A stretch of 64,000 nucleotides of DNA from an uncultured Clostridia bacterium. GTDB taxonomy: Bacteria; Bacillota; Clostridia; Oscillospirales; Butyricicoccaceae. The DNA lies in the NCBI GenBank assembly GCA_910586575.1, contig CAJUJQ010000001.1:11947-75946 (forward strand), read 5' to 3'. This document shows positions 1 through 8,073 of the stretch, one piece after another. The notes under the pieces are model-generated. The model was not told the origin of the DNA, did not search any database, and was given only the letters and a program-made list of their open reading frames with translations. The first letter of the stretch is position 1, and each line of letters starts with the position of its first letter. A program made the translations under genes and the position numbers.

Positions 1-176
1 TTCAGTTTTGGACTCGCCCGCCATGTGCATCCCCCCTTAGGGCCTGGGAGCGTATGCTGAAAAATAACCGTTCCAGCAAACAGGAAAGTATTTGAAACGG
101 GAACCTGTATTCACAGACTGCCAGCCGCGCCAACGCAGCGCGGCCGGCCTCTTATGGATACAGGTTCCAAACCCTT

Positions 177-331
177 AGGAACTGTGAATCAATAAATTGT
201 GACAAGCGCGCCGCAGGATGCTTTCGCCAGACAAGGCGCGCTTCCGCAGGCAGGCTGACGCCTGTCAAAGAAACCGGGCGCAGTATGGGAAAATGCAAGC
301 GATTGTCGCGAGTTATTTTTGAACAGTTCCT
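177..331. mobile_element. MITE-like intergenic repeat, family B, copy 1 (155 bp)
   Basis: Perfect 9-bp terminal inverted repeats: AGGAACTGT at 177-185 and ACAGTTCCT at 323-331. About 90 % identical by eye to 49748..49901 in the same orientation. Lies 3' of cheY. No coding capacity. Confidence 0.6.
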
Positions 332-355
332 GAGCAGGGCGCGGAAAGCGCCCGA

Positions 356-721
356 TTACGGGTTGCCGACAATCGAAGTAACCGTCTTGAGGATGCGATC
401 GGGCTTAAAGGGCTTGACAATAAAATCCTTTGCGCCGGCGGTAATCGCGTCAATGACCATCGCTTCCTGACCCATTGCCGAGCACATCACAACATTCGCC
501 GCCGGGTTTGCGGCGCGGATTGCCTTCAACGCTTCCAAGCCGTCCATATTGGGCATGGTAATATCCATAATCACCAGGTCAGGCTTGATTTCATTGTACT
601 TGTCAACCGCATCCGCGCCGTCAACTGCTTCGTACAGGTCGGTATAACCGTTTTTGCTCAGGGTATCCTTGACGACCTTTCGCATAAACGCCGCGTCGTC
701 AACACACAGAATCTTAGCCAT
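356..721 (-). CDS. cheY: Chemotaxis response regulator CheY (single REC domain)
   Basis: 121 aa. MAKILCVDDAAFMRK...DLVIMDITMPNMDG...KDFIVKPF shows the typical REC acidic pocket, T/S and K. Sits directly downstream of fliM-fliY, as in Bacillus/Clostridium fla operons. Confidence 0.9.
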   Translation of the reverse strand: MAKILCVDDAAFMRKVVKDTLSKNGYTDLYEAVDGADAVDKYNEIKPDLVIMDITMPNMDGLEALKAIRAANPAANVVMCSAMGQEAMVIDAITAGAKDFIVKPFKPDRILKTVTSIVGNP

Positions 722-809
722 CGTTTTCTTTCCTCACTTTATCAGATTGGTGTCAAAATTTTCAGTTCTTAACCCCGTCCGGAAACCAGGGGAATGCCGA
801 ACAGATCTA

Positions 810-2132
810 CTATTTGAACGCAATGTCTTCCAGCTCCGGCTTATGCAGGATCTCACTAATCCGGATGCCGAAATTGTCGTCAATCACAACGACCTCACCG
901 CGGGCGATGCACTTGCCGTTGACGAACAAATCCACCTGGTCACCCGCCAGCTTGTCAAGCACCACCAGTGAACCCTTAGAAAATGCCAGGATATCCTGCA
1001 CCTTCTTGCGGGTGCGGCCGATTTCTACTGTGACCTCCAGCGGCACACCCATTATCAAATCCAAGTTCTGCGCCTGCTCCTCGCCGAGCGTTTCACCGTT
1101 TGCCAGCGTTGGCATGGTCGGGGCCTGCGTGTTGATCACCTTCGGCTCATGCGGCTGCTTCTGCGGCTGCGGCTCGGGCGGCTGCGGGGGTGGATACCCC
1201 GGCCAGCCATACGGCGGCATATAATATGGATACGGCATCTGCGCCATATCGGCAGGCATTTGCGGCATCTGCCCCATTTGCGGCGGCATGCCGGGCATCT
1301 GCCCCATTTGCGGCGGCATCCCCGGCATACTGGCGGCCTGCTGCGGCGCGCCCTGCTGAGACATCAATTTTTCGATTTCTTCCTGCGAGAGCTTGCCGCC
1401 GGACGCTGCCGGTTCCGGCGCGGGGGCTGGCGCTGCCGCACCCGACATCAGCTTCTCGATTTCCTCCTGCGAAAGCTTGCCGCCGGACGCCGCCGGAGCT
1501 GCGGGTTCCGGCGCGGGCGCAGGGGCTTCCTCCTCGGCGACGTCCAGCCCGAAGCCCGCAACCAGCTCTTTCGCTAGCTCGACCGACATAACGTTCATAA
1601 ACTCGCTCTTGAGGTCCGGCTCAATGTCAAGCGCAAACTTGACAACCACGATTGGCCCTTCCGGAGCGGGCAGCCGCTCCCTGCGGAACGCGTCCATATC
1701 GTCCAGGTCAAAGGTCTCCGGTGTGGAGATATTCACAACCTTGCCCAGGAAATCGGACAGCGCCGTCGAAGCCGCGCCCATCATCTGGTTCATGACCTCA
1801 CAAACCGCGCTGAGCGTCAGCTCGTCCAGCTGAAATTCCTCGTCCGGGGTCTCAGTCCCCATCAGGATATCAACAATGACCTTGATATCGGTCATTTTCA
1901 GGATCATGATATTGCTGCCTTTCAGGCCGCTCACATATTTGATTTCAACGCCAATCGCGGGTTCCATTTTCCCCAGCTCGAACTCCTCCGCGCTGACAAC
2001 GGTGACACTCGGCGTCGTAATATCCACCCGGTGATCGAGCATATTGGAAATCGCCGTCGCAGAAGATCCCAGGCTGATGTTTGTAACCTCACCAATCGCG
2101 CTGAGCTCCAATGGACTAAAAATCTTATTCAT
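810..2132 (-). CDS. fliY: Flagellar motor switch phosphatase FliY (CheC-like domain + long Pro/Ala/Met-rich linker + FliN domain)
   Basis: Two CheC-type sites: S11-x3-E15-x2-N18-x22-P41 and S108-x3-E112-x2-N115-x22-P138. C-terminal FliN/SpoA-like sequence: LDLIMGVPLEVTVEIGRT...VVLDKLAGDQVDLFVNGKCIARGEVVVIDDNFGIRI. Confidence 0.9.
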   Translation of the reverse strand: MNKIFSPLELSAIGEVTNISLGSSATAISNMLDHRVDITTPSVTVVSAEEFELGKMEPAIGVEIKYVSGLKGSNIMILKMTDIKVIVDILMGTETPDEEFQLDELTLSAVCEVMNQMMGAASTALSDFLGKVVNISTPETFDLDDMDAFRRERLPAPEGPIVVVKFALDIEPDLKSEFMNVMSVELAKELVAGFGLDVAEEEAPAPAPEPAAPAASGGKLSQEEIEKLMSGAAAPAPAPEPAASGGKLSQEEIEKLMSQQGAPQQAASMPGMPPQMGQMPGMPPQMGQMPQMPADMAQMPYPYYMPPYGWPGYPPPQPPEPQPQKQPHEPKVINTQAPTMPTLANGETLGEEQAQNLDLIMGVPLEVTVEIGRTRKKVQDILAFSKGSLVVLDKLAGDQVDLFVNGKCIARGEVVVIDDNFGIRISEILHKPELEDIAFK

Positions 2133-3135
2133 TTTCTGCTATGTCCCTTCTTTCAGCGTGATAATAAACCTGCTTGATTTTAACGGCCAGATGCTTGTCG
2201 CTGATGCCCATCATGCCGTCAAACCATTTTTTCCCGCCGATACGCAGGAATACTGCGCTGTCCTTTTTCTGGCTGAGGTCGATGACATCGCCCACGTTCA
2301 GGCCGTAGATATCGCGCAGCCGCAGCGTCGTCCGGCCCAGCTCAGCAACAACGTCCAGGCTGGAATCGCGCAGATGGCCCATAATCCGGTCGGAATGGTC
2401 CTCGCTGCTCCGGCGCTCGGGGGTATCCCTGCTGATTTTAGTAAAGATATTGGTCAGCATACTGCCAGGCAGAACCACACTCATGCCGCCGTCGCAGTTT
2501 GAGAATTTCAGCTTCATGTCCACCAGCACAACCGTTTCATCCAGGCCGATCAGGTTCACCAGCGTGGGGTTGGTCTCGGTGCGCTCATGTACAAAATCAA
2601 GGTCTATATAGTTGTTCCAGCTCTCGCCCATGCACTTGACAAACTCCTGGGTCAGGTTGTCATACAGGCAAAGGTCAAGGTCGGTATATTCGTAGTCGTC
2701 TGGGATTTCCTCCACATTGCCGACGCCGCCGAGCAGGCGGTCCATCATGCTCACCATCGCAGAAGTCGTGAGATACATGAGCATGGGCGCTTCGTCGTCC
2801 CCGCTGCCCTTCATGGCAAGATTGGCGACCGTCAGCACCGCCCCATCCTGTAGGGCGTTTGAAAATTCATAGTAACGCTGCTCCTCGACCGTTTCGACCT
2901 CCACTTCGCAGGTTGCGTGCAGCAGGCCGTTTATCCGCGTATTGATGATGCGGGAATAGTTATCGAAAATCCCGCGCAGCATCTTGAGCCGGTCCTTTGT
3001 GAATTTCCGCGGGCTTTTGAAATCATATTTCCGGTATTTTTTCTCCGGCGCTTCCTCCTTGGGAGGGGCCGCGTTCCCGCCGTGCATTGAGTTGAGCAGC
3101 GCGTCAATCTGGCTTTGCGATAATACCTCTGCCAT
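2125..3135 (-). CDS. fliM: Flagellar motor switch protein FliM
   Basis: 336 aa. N-terminal CheY-P docking peptide MAEVLSQSQIDALL, a FliM middle domain and a C-terminal SpoA-like part. Overlaps the fliY start by 8 nt. Confidence 0.9.
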   Translation of the reverse strand: MAEVLSQSQIDALLNSMHGGNAAPPKEEAPEKKYRKYDFKSPRKFTKDRLKMLRGIFDNYSRIINTRINGLLHATCEVEVETVEEQRYYEFSNALQDGAVLTVANLAMKGSGDDEAPMLMYLTTSAMVSMMDRLLGGVGNVEEIPDDYEYTDLDLCLYDNLTQEFVKCMGESWNNYIDLDFVHERTETNPTLVNLIGLDETVVLVDMKLKFSNCDGGMSVVLPGSMLTNIFTKISRDTPERRSSEDHSDRIMGHLRDSSLDVVAELGRTTLRLRDIYGLNVGDVIDLSQKKDSAVFLRIGGKKWFDGMMGISDKHLAVKIKQVYYHAERRDIAENE

Positions 3136-3165
3136 CTGCTACTCCCTTCCTGGTGTTTCCATCGG

Positions 3166-4002
3166 TTATTGATCCGGGCTGGTCTGTGCCGCGTCAGCTG
3201 CCGGGGTACCGCCTTCCCGTTGGGTATAATACTGCTCCACACTGCTGCCAAGCCCATCCAGCAGATTCCTGCCGGTGATGATAATCTCGACGCGGCGGTT
3301 ATGGCTGCGCCCTTCCTCGGATGTGTTGCTGTCCACCGGGCGGTGCTGGCCGAAGCCCTCGCTCAGGATACGGTCGCCGCCGATTTTACTGTGCGTCTGC
3401 ACAAAGACGGTCGCAATCGTCGCGCGGTTGGAGGACAGCCGCCGGTCGTTCCGCACATTATTCGGACGGCTCGGGTCAGCCTGCGCGGTATGGCCCATAA
3501 TGCGGATTTCATCGATGGAATCCGCCGCCTGATCAAACAGCGCACAGATATCGGTCAGGATCTGCTGCCCCTGCGGCAGCAGGTCATAGCGCTCCCCGGC
3601 GAAAAACACGGCGTCATCAAAAGAAATGAACACATAGCCGTCACCGCGGGTGGTTTCAATCCGCGCGCCCTGCTGGTTGTTCTGTGCATACTCAACCAAC
3701 GCCTGGTACAGTTGTTCGATGACATTATCAATTTGCTGCTGTTCCGTCGCAAGGCTTTCGTCAACCTTTTCCACGCTCATGCCCACATGGGCCTCGATGG
3801 CGGGACCCTGGCTGCCCGTCAGCTCGACCTGCACCGGTTCGGCGTCCGGGTTAAAGCTCTTGACCAGCGCCATCCATTTATTTTCATCAACGCTTGACAT
3901 GGAATACAGCAGTACGAAAAAACACAGCAGCAAGGTCACCATATCGCCGTAGGTATCCATCCAATTCGCGCCGCCGCCGCTGCTTTTCTCCCTTTTTTTC
4001 AT
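3166..4002 (-). CDS. MotB-like flagellar stator protein (OmpA/MotB C-terminal domain); no motA partner in window
   Basis: 278 aa. Single N-terminal TM with the conserved plug/Asp region (WMDTYGDMVTLLLCFFVLLYS). C-terminal OmpA-like peptidoglycan-binding motif (IMGHTA...NDRRLSSNRA...NRRVEIII). Confidence 0.75.
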   Translation of the reverse strand: MKKREKSSGGGANWMDTYGDMVTLLLCFFVLLYSMSSVDENKWMALVKSFNPDAEPVQVELTGSQGPAIEAHVGMSVEKVDESLATEQQQIDNVIEQLYQALVEYAQNNQQGARIETTRGDGYVFISFDDAVFFAGERYDLLPQGQQILTDICALFDQAADSIDEIRIMGHTAQADPSRPNNVRNDRRLSSNRATIATVFVQTHSKIGGDRILSEGFGQHRPVDSNTSEEGRSHNRRVEIIITGRNLLDGLGSSVEQYYTQREGGTPAADAAQTSPDQ

Positions 4003-4120
4003 TCTGCCGCCTCATTTCCTTCCTAGATTAAAGATACCGTACCGCCCTGACAAGAGCATACCCGCAGAATGGCACGCCAATACCGGCGGCCCTCAAACAG
4101 GCACCGCCGGTATCACAAAA

Positions 4121-4426
4121 TTACATACTAATGCGCATAATTTCGTTATAAGCATCCAACGCCTTGGTACGCAGCTGCGAAAGCATCTGCACTGAAAGCT
4201 CCGCCTTTGCGATTGCAATGGAGGAGGACGCCGGGTTTTCCAGCTGGCCGGTCGCCAGCAGGTAGTCATTTTTGGCAACCTCCTGCTGTGCCTGGTTGGC
4301 CTCCTGGATTGCGGAACGGAAAATATCGGTAAAGGAAAGCGCCGGAGCTTCCTCCTTGACTTCTGCGGGCTGCGCCTTCTGGGGCATGGTGCTCCAAATG
4401 GGGGAAATTTTAGAAATACTGTTCAT
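4121..4426 (-). CDS. fliE: Flagellar hook-basal body complex protein FliE
   Basis: 101 aa. C-terminal ...LATGQLENP...IAIAKAELSVQMLSQLRTKALDAYNEIMRISM is typical of FliE. Follows flgB-flgC. Confidence 0.85.
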   Translation of the reverse strand: MNSISKISPIWSTMPQKAQPAEVKEEAPALSFTDIFRSAIQEANQAQQEVAKNDYLLATGQLENPASSSIAIAKAELSVQMLSQLRTKALDAYNEIMRISM

Positions 4427-4468
4427 AACGGGGTTTCACCTCTCAAATTGATTCCTGTCCTGTTTTTA

Positions 4469-4924
4469 TCAGCGGCCAATCTCCAGGCCGCGCTGAAGCA
4501 CCGTTTTCAGGGTATTGAACGCGGTAACATTTGCGGAATAGGCCTGTGTCGCCGCCATCGCGTCTGCAATTTCCTTGACCAGCGTGACGTTCGGCATTTC
4601 GACATAGCCGTCCTCGTTGGCGTCGGGGTGGTCGGGATCAAAGGTAACGGGCAGATCGGACGGATCCTCCAGGATGTCGGTCACCCGCACGCCGCCCGCC
4701 TTTTCCGCGCCGCGGTTAGAAGCGTCCATCGCCGCCGCCAGCGCGCGCCGGAAGCCATCGCGGTCGGCTTCCGCCTCAAAGCGGACGACCTTGCGCCGGT
4801 ACGGCCCGCCGCCCTCGGTGCGTGTGGTGTTCATATTAGTGATATTTTCTGAAATCACGTCCAGCCGCAGCTGCTCTGCGGTCAGGCCGGAACCTACGAT
4901 ATTCATAATGCTGGCAAATGCCAT
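4469..4924 (-). CDS. flgC: Flagellar basal-body rod protein FlgC
   Basis: 151 aa. N-terminal SGLTAEQLRLDVISENITNMNTTRT and a C-terminal rod motif (YVEMPNVTLVKEIADAMAATQAYSANV). Confidence 0.9.
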   Translation of the reverse strand: MAFASIMNIVGSGLTAEQLRLDVISENITNMNTTRTEGGGPYRRKVVRFEAEADRDGFRRALAAAMDASNRGAEKAGGVRVTDILEDPSDLPVTFDPDHPDANEDGYVEMPNVTLVKEIADAMAATQAYSANVTAFNTLKTVLQRGLEIGR

Positions 4925-4943
4925 GTCGGTCTCTCCTTCCCGA

Positions 4944-5324
4944 TTAGCCGATTGCGGCCTTCATGATGCTCAGGTTGCCGGTAATCGACCGGTAGACCTG
5001 CGACAGCTGGTAAGCGGTACGGATCAGTTCCACGCTCTGCTCGGTCACGTTGACGCCGTTGTCGTTCAGGTGGACAGATTCGCCGTCCTCAAAAACCTCC
5101 CAGGTGGCGTTCTCGATGACCTCGCTGACCGCCTTGCGCGGATTGGCACTGCGCTGCGCCGCGCGAAGCTGCTGCTCGAACGATTCCTCAAAGGTCACGG
5201 TCTTGGTCTTGTAGTTCGGCGTTTCAGCGTTCGCGATATTGTCCAGGATAGCGCTCTGCTTGGCCCAAAGAAAATCGACCGAGCGTTCGAGCACCCCAAA
5301 GTTGCTGCCTGTCAAAACGTTCAT
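4944..5324 (-). CDS. flgB: Flagellar basal-body rod protein FlgB
   Basis: 126 aa. LDNIANAETPNYK motif and a C-terminal NGVNVTEQSVELIRTAYQL. Confidence 0.9.
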   Translation of the reverse strand: MNVLTGSNFGVLERSVDFLWAKQSAILDNIANAETPNYKTKTVTFEESFEQQLRAAQRSANPRKAVSEVIENATWEVFEDGESVHLNDNGVNVTEQSVELIRTAYQLSQVYRSITGNLSIMKAAIG

Positions 5325-5446
5325 ATCCTACATCCTTCCTGTGTTGATTCCTGCGGCCTGCCCAACGATGCGAACCGGCCTCACTTTTTGTATATGCGGT
5401 GCGGGACAATAAAATACCCTTACCGAAAATTATCCTATTTTCTATT

Positions 5447-5475
5447 ATCATACACTTTCCCGTCGAATTTTGCAA
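5447..5475 (-). promoter_or_regulatory. Candidate sigma-A promoter of the flgB operon
   Basis: On the minus strand: TTGCAA (5470-5475), 17 nt spacer, TATGAT (5447-5452). Lies about 120 nt upstream of the flgB ATG and just downstream of a terminator. Confidence 0.45.
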
Positions 5476-5570
5476 GGGGTTCGACAAAAAAAGCCTGCAC
5501 TCGACACAAGAAATTTTTGGGAGCTGCGGGCAAATCCCCCTCCCGCCCCTGCGCAGCCTGCCGCAAGGGC

Positions 5571-5610
5571 AAAAAAAACACGGCCCCATCTTTACAGGTG
5601 CCGTGTTTTT
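5571..5610 (-). terminator. Intrinsic terminator (bidirectional architecture) after the 205-aa ORF
   Basis: Stem ACACGGC/GCCGTGT, flanked by an A8 run (5571-5578) and a T5 run. On the minus strand this reads as stem followed by T8. Confidence 0.6.
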
Positions 5611-5625
5611 ACGCGTTTTATAGGA

Positions 5626-6243
5626 TCAAACCAACCCGCCGAGCAGCAGCTCTGCCGCCGTCATGGTGCCGCTCCGCAGCTTGCGGAGCATCGCCTCGTG
5701 CTGCGCCAGCTCCATATATTCCTCGTGCTGGCGGTGGCGGCGCTCCCAGAATGTTTCGTCCGTGTTGCTGCCATTCATCTTGTCAAGCAGCTCCATCAGC
5801 TCCTTTTCCTTGTCCAGGTCAATCGACTGGACGCGGAAGGACTCACGGTCCGCGCCGATGCAATAGGTGTTGTAGCTGCCCAGGTTGCCGAAAACAGGCG
5901 TGCTCCAAATATTTTCCAGCGTGGCGAGCACCCACTCCTCATACTCCGGATCGTCCTTCATCGCCTGAAAGCCCGCGTCGGAAATCTTAACCGACAACGA
6001 TTCGAGCGCACGGGTCGGGTCAACCGGGATGGCCGAAATCCGGCCGGAAATGTATTGCTTGTATTGGCCCAGGTTCATCTGGTCCCGCTGGAAGCCGGTA
6101 TCGGCATGTTCCTTTTTCGCGGTTTCCCGCAGCGCAATGTCAAGGAAGCTCATCCCGCCCGCTGCTGCCGCGCCCGTGGTCTTTTCAGCGACCAGGTTGG
6201 TCAGCGCTGCCGGCATCGCGCCGACGTGGATTGTCCTGCTCAT
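5626..6243 (-). CDS. Hypothetical protein (205 aa), downstream of and probably co-transcribed with the CZB-type MCP
   Basis: Long ORF with genome-typical GC3. Lies 68 nt after the MCP stop and is followed by a strong terminator. I recognise no family. Confidence 0.6.
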   Translation of the reverse strand: MSRTIHVGAMPAALTNLVAEKTTGAAAAGGMSFLDIALRETAKKEHADTGFQRDQMNLGQYKQYISGRISAIPVDPTRALESLSVKISDAGFQAMKDDPEYEEWVLATLENIWSTPVFGNLGSYNTYCIGADRESFRVQSIDLDKEKELMELLDKMNGSNTDETFWERRHRQHEEYMELAQHEAMLRKLRSGTMTAAELLLGGLV

Positions 6244-6311
6244 GGTTGTTCCCTCCTATCATAAATTGTTCTTTATATGCACAGTATTTTCCTGTTTTTG
6301 AGGCCCGTGGC

Positions 6312-7997
6312 TCAGCTGTTTTTCAGGCTGAAGCGCCGGACCTGCTCCTGCAACAGGCGCACCTGCTCGAAAAGCTCCGAGCTGACTGCCGCCGACTCCT
6401 CCGAGCTGGCGGAATTGCTCTGCACAACCGCGGAAATCTGGCTGATACCCTCGGTCACCTGCGCGATCGAAGTCGCCTCGTTCTGCACCGCCGACGCAAT
6501 GCCGCCAATCTCGTCGCTTGACTGCACCACCAGATCCAGCGCCTTGCGCAGCGTATCCGATACCTCGTCAACAATCCGGCGGCCCTTGTCCGCAGCCTCC
6601 ACCGAGTTTTCAATCAGCTCGCGTGTCGCCTTCGCCGCGCGGTCGGATTCACCCGCCAGGTTGCGTACCTCGCTGGATACCACCGCGAAGCCCTTGCCCG
6701 CAGTCCCCGCGCGCGCCGCCTCGACTGCCGCGTTCAGCGCCAGGATATTGGTCTGGAACGCAATATCCTCAATCGTCTTGATAATTTCGCCAATCTTCTG
6801 GGAAGCCTCCGCGATGTCCGCCATCGCCGAAACCATCTGCTCCATCTGCTCGCTGCTGAGCGTGACCTGTTCACGCGCCTTACGCGCGCTGCCCTGCGCG
6901 GTCTCCGCTGCTTCTACGTTGTGTTTCGCGTTGCGGGACAGTTCGTCCAGCGTTGCGAACATCTCCTCTACCGCGCTTGCCTGCTCGGTCGCACCCTGCG
7001 CCAGCGCCTGCGAACCGCTCGAAAGCTGCTCCGCGTTGCCGGACACCCGGTTCTCGGCCTGCGAAATCAAGCCCAGCGCCTGTGACATCTTGTCGGTAAA
7101 GCTCTCAATCGACTGCTCAATCGACCGGAAATCGCCGATGAACGGCTCGGTTGCCTGTACATTGAAGCTGCCGTCGGACAGCTGCCCCATCATCCGGTTA
7201 ATGTCGCTGACATAGCTCTCGATCAGCTTCAGCGAACCCTCCAGCGTATTGACGAGTTCGCCCAGCTCATCCTTGGAACGGTGCCCCAGGTCAATTTGCA
7301 GGTGCCCGTCCAGCAGCGGGCGGCTCTGCTCGGTTATCCGCAGGATGGGTGCGACAACACGCTTCACCACATACTGCACCAGGCTGATCAGCGAAACCAG
7401 CATCAGCACACAGGAGATAATCGCCAGCAGCTGCATGAGCTGAATCGCCGAACGCATCCCCTCCGCGCTCTCCGCGCTCATCGCCTCGCTGCGGGCCACA
7501 ATGCCGTCCAAGTGCCCGACCAACGTGCTCAGATTCACCAATATGGTCTCCTGATAGTACCGCCGCGCCGCCACGGTGCCGCTCTCCATCATGTCCAGCG
7601 CTTCGGTCGCCGACGCGTGCAGCTCCTTGTGCAGCGGCTCAATCTTGTCACGCAGCGCCAGGATTTCCTCGTCGTCCGTGCCCAAATCCCCGTAAATCCA
7701 CTTGCCCAGCGCACAGGCGGTCGGGTCCTTGCTGCCGGTGAACTCCGCGCCCGCGTACAGCGCGTTCGACAGGTTCGCCGACCATTTATAATGCGCAACC
7801 TCGGCGCTCAGCGCGTTGCTGTGCACCATGCTTGCCTCGGCGCTGCCCTCCTGGGTTGAGCGGATCCGTGCAATGCTGCCCATCATCACGGCAGCCAGCA
7901 GGATAATCGCGGCCACAGCCGCGCTTCCCCGGATCCATACGTTCCTTTTGATGCTTCCTCTACGTCCTAACATAAGTGGCACATCCTCCCAATTCAA
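6312..7997 (-). CDS. Methyl-accepting chemotaxis protein with extracytoplasmic CZB-like (zinc-binding 4-helix) sensor, HAMP and MCP signalling domain
   Basis: 561 aa. TM1 about residues 24-44 and TM2 about 184-210. Residues H69..H127 match Hxx[W]x22Cx[L]Gx[W]x22HxxxH. Conserved signalling hairpin EQASAVEE...[20 protein letters not shown]. Confidence 0.9.
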   Translation of the reverse strand: MNWEDVPLMLGRRGSIKRNVWIRGSAAVAAIILLAAVMMGSIARIRSTQEGSAEASMVHSNALSAEVAHYKWSANLSNALYAGAEFTGSKDPTACALGKWIYGDLGTDDEEILALRDKIEPLHKELHASATEALDMMESGTVAARRYYQETILVNLSTLVGHLDGIVARSEAMSAESAEGMRSAIQLMQLLAIISCVLMLVSLISLVQYVVKRVVAPILRITEQSRPLLDGHLQIDLGHRSKDELGELVNTLEGSLKLIESYVSDINRMMGQLSDGSFNVQATEPFIGDFRSIEQSIESFTDKMSQALGLISQAENRVSGNAEQLSSGSQALAQGATEQASAVEEMFATLDELSRNAKHNVEAAETAQGSARKAREQVTLSSEQMEQMVSAMADIAEASQKIGEIIKTIEDIAFQTNILALNAAVEAARAGTAGKGFAVVSSEVRNLAGESDRAAKATRELIENSVEAADKGRRIVDEVSDTLRKALDLVVQSSDEIGGIASAVQNEATSIAQVTEGISQISAVVQSNSASSEESAAVSSELFEQVRLLQEQVRRFSLKNS

Positions 7998-8073
7998 TCT
8001 CTCCCAGGGGCAAGATGCGTCCGCCCATGGTCTATGTTAAATTTCTTACAGCGTTCCGCGTCTCCCGCTACCC

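Noticed and set aside
1-25. Start of a minus-strand gene at the left edge: ATG at 25, MAGESKTE..., preceded by an AAGGGGGGA SD-like sequence.
   Set aside because: Only 8 codons are inside the window, which is too little to call a CDS or a product.
285-470. 61-aa ORF on the plus strand starting inside repeat family B copy 1.
   Set aside because: It begins within the repeat and runs antisense into the cheY 3' end. The equivalent position in copy 2 does not maintain the frame.
1263-1526. Short-period DNA repeats inside fliY (84-nt and 30-nt units) that could be mistaken for a CRISPR-like or satellite array.
   Set aside because: They are in frame within a continuous FliY ORF and encode duplicated peptide motifs. 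There are only two units each, with no spacer/repeat alternation and no cas genes.
5325-5446. c-di-GMP (GEMM) riboswitch or invertible flagellar switch in the flgB leader, as found in Clostridioides difficile.
   Set aside because: The leader is only about 120 nt, lacks the GCAAA/ACGCAAAGC GEMM-I hallmarks, and is not flanked by inverted repeats.
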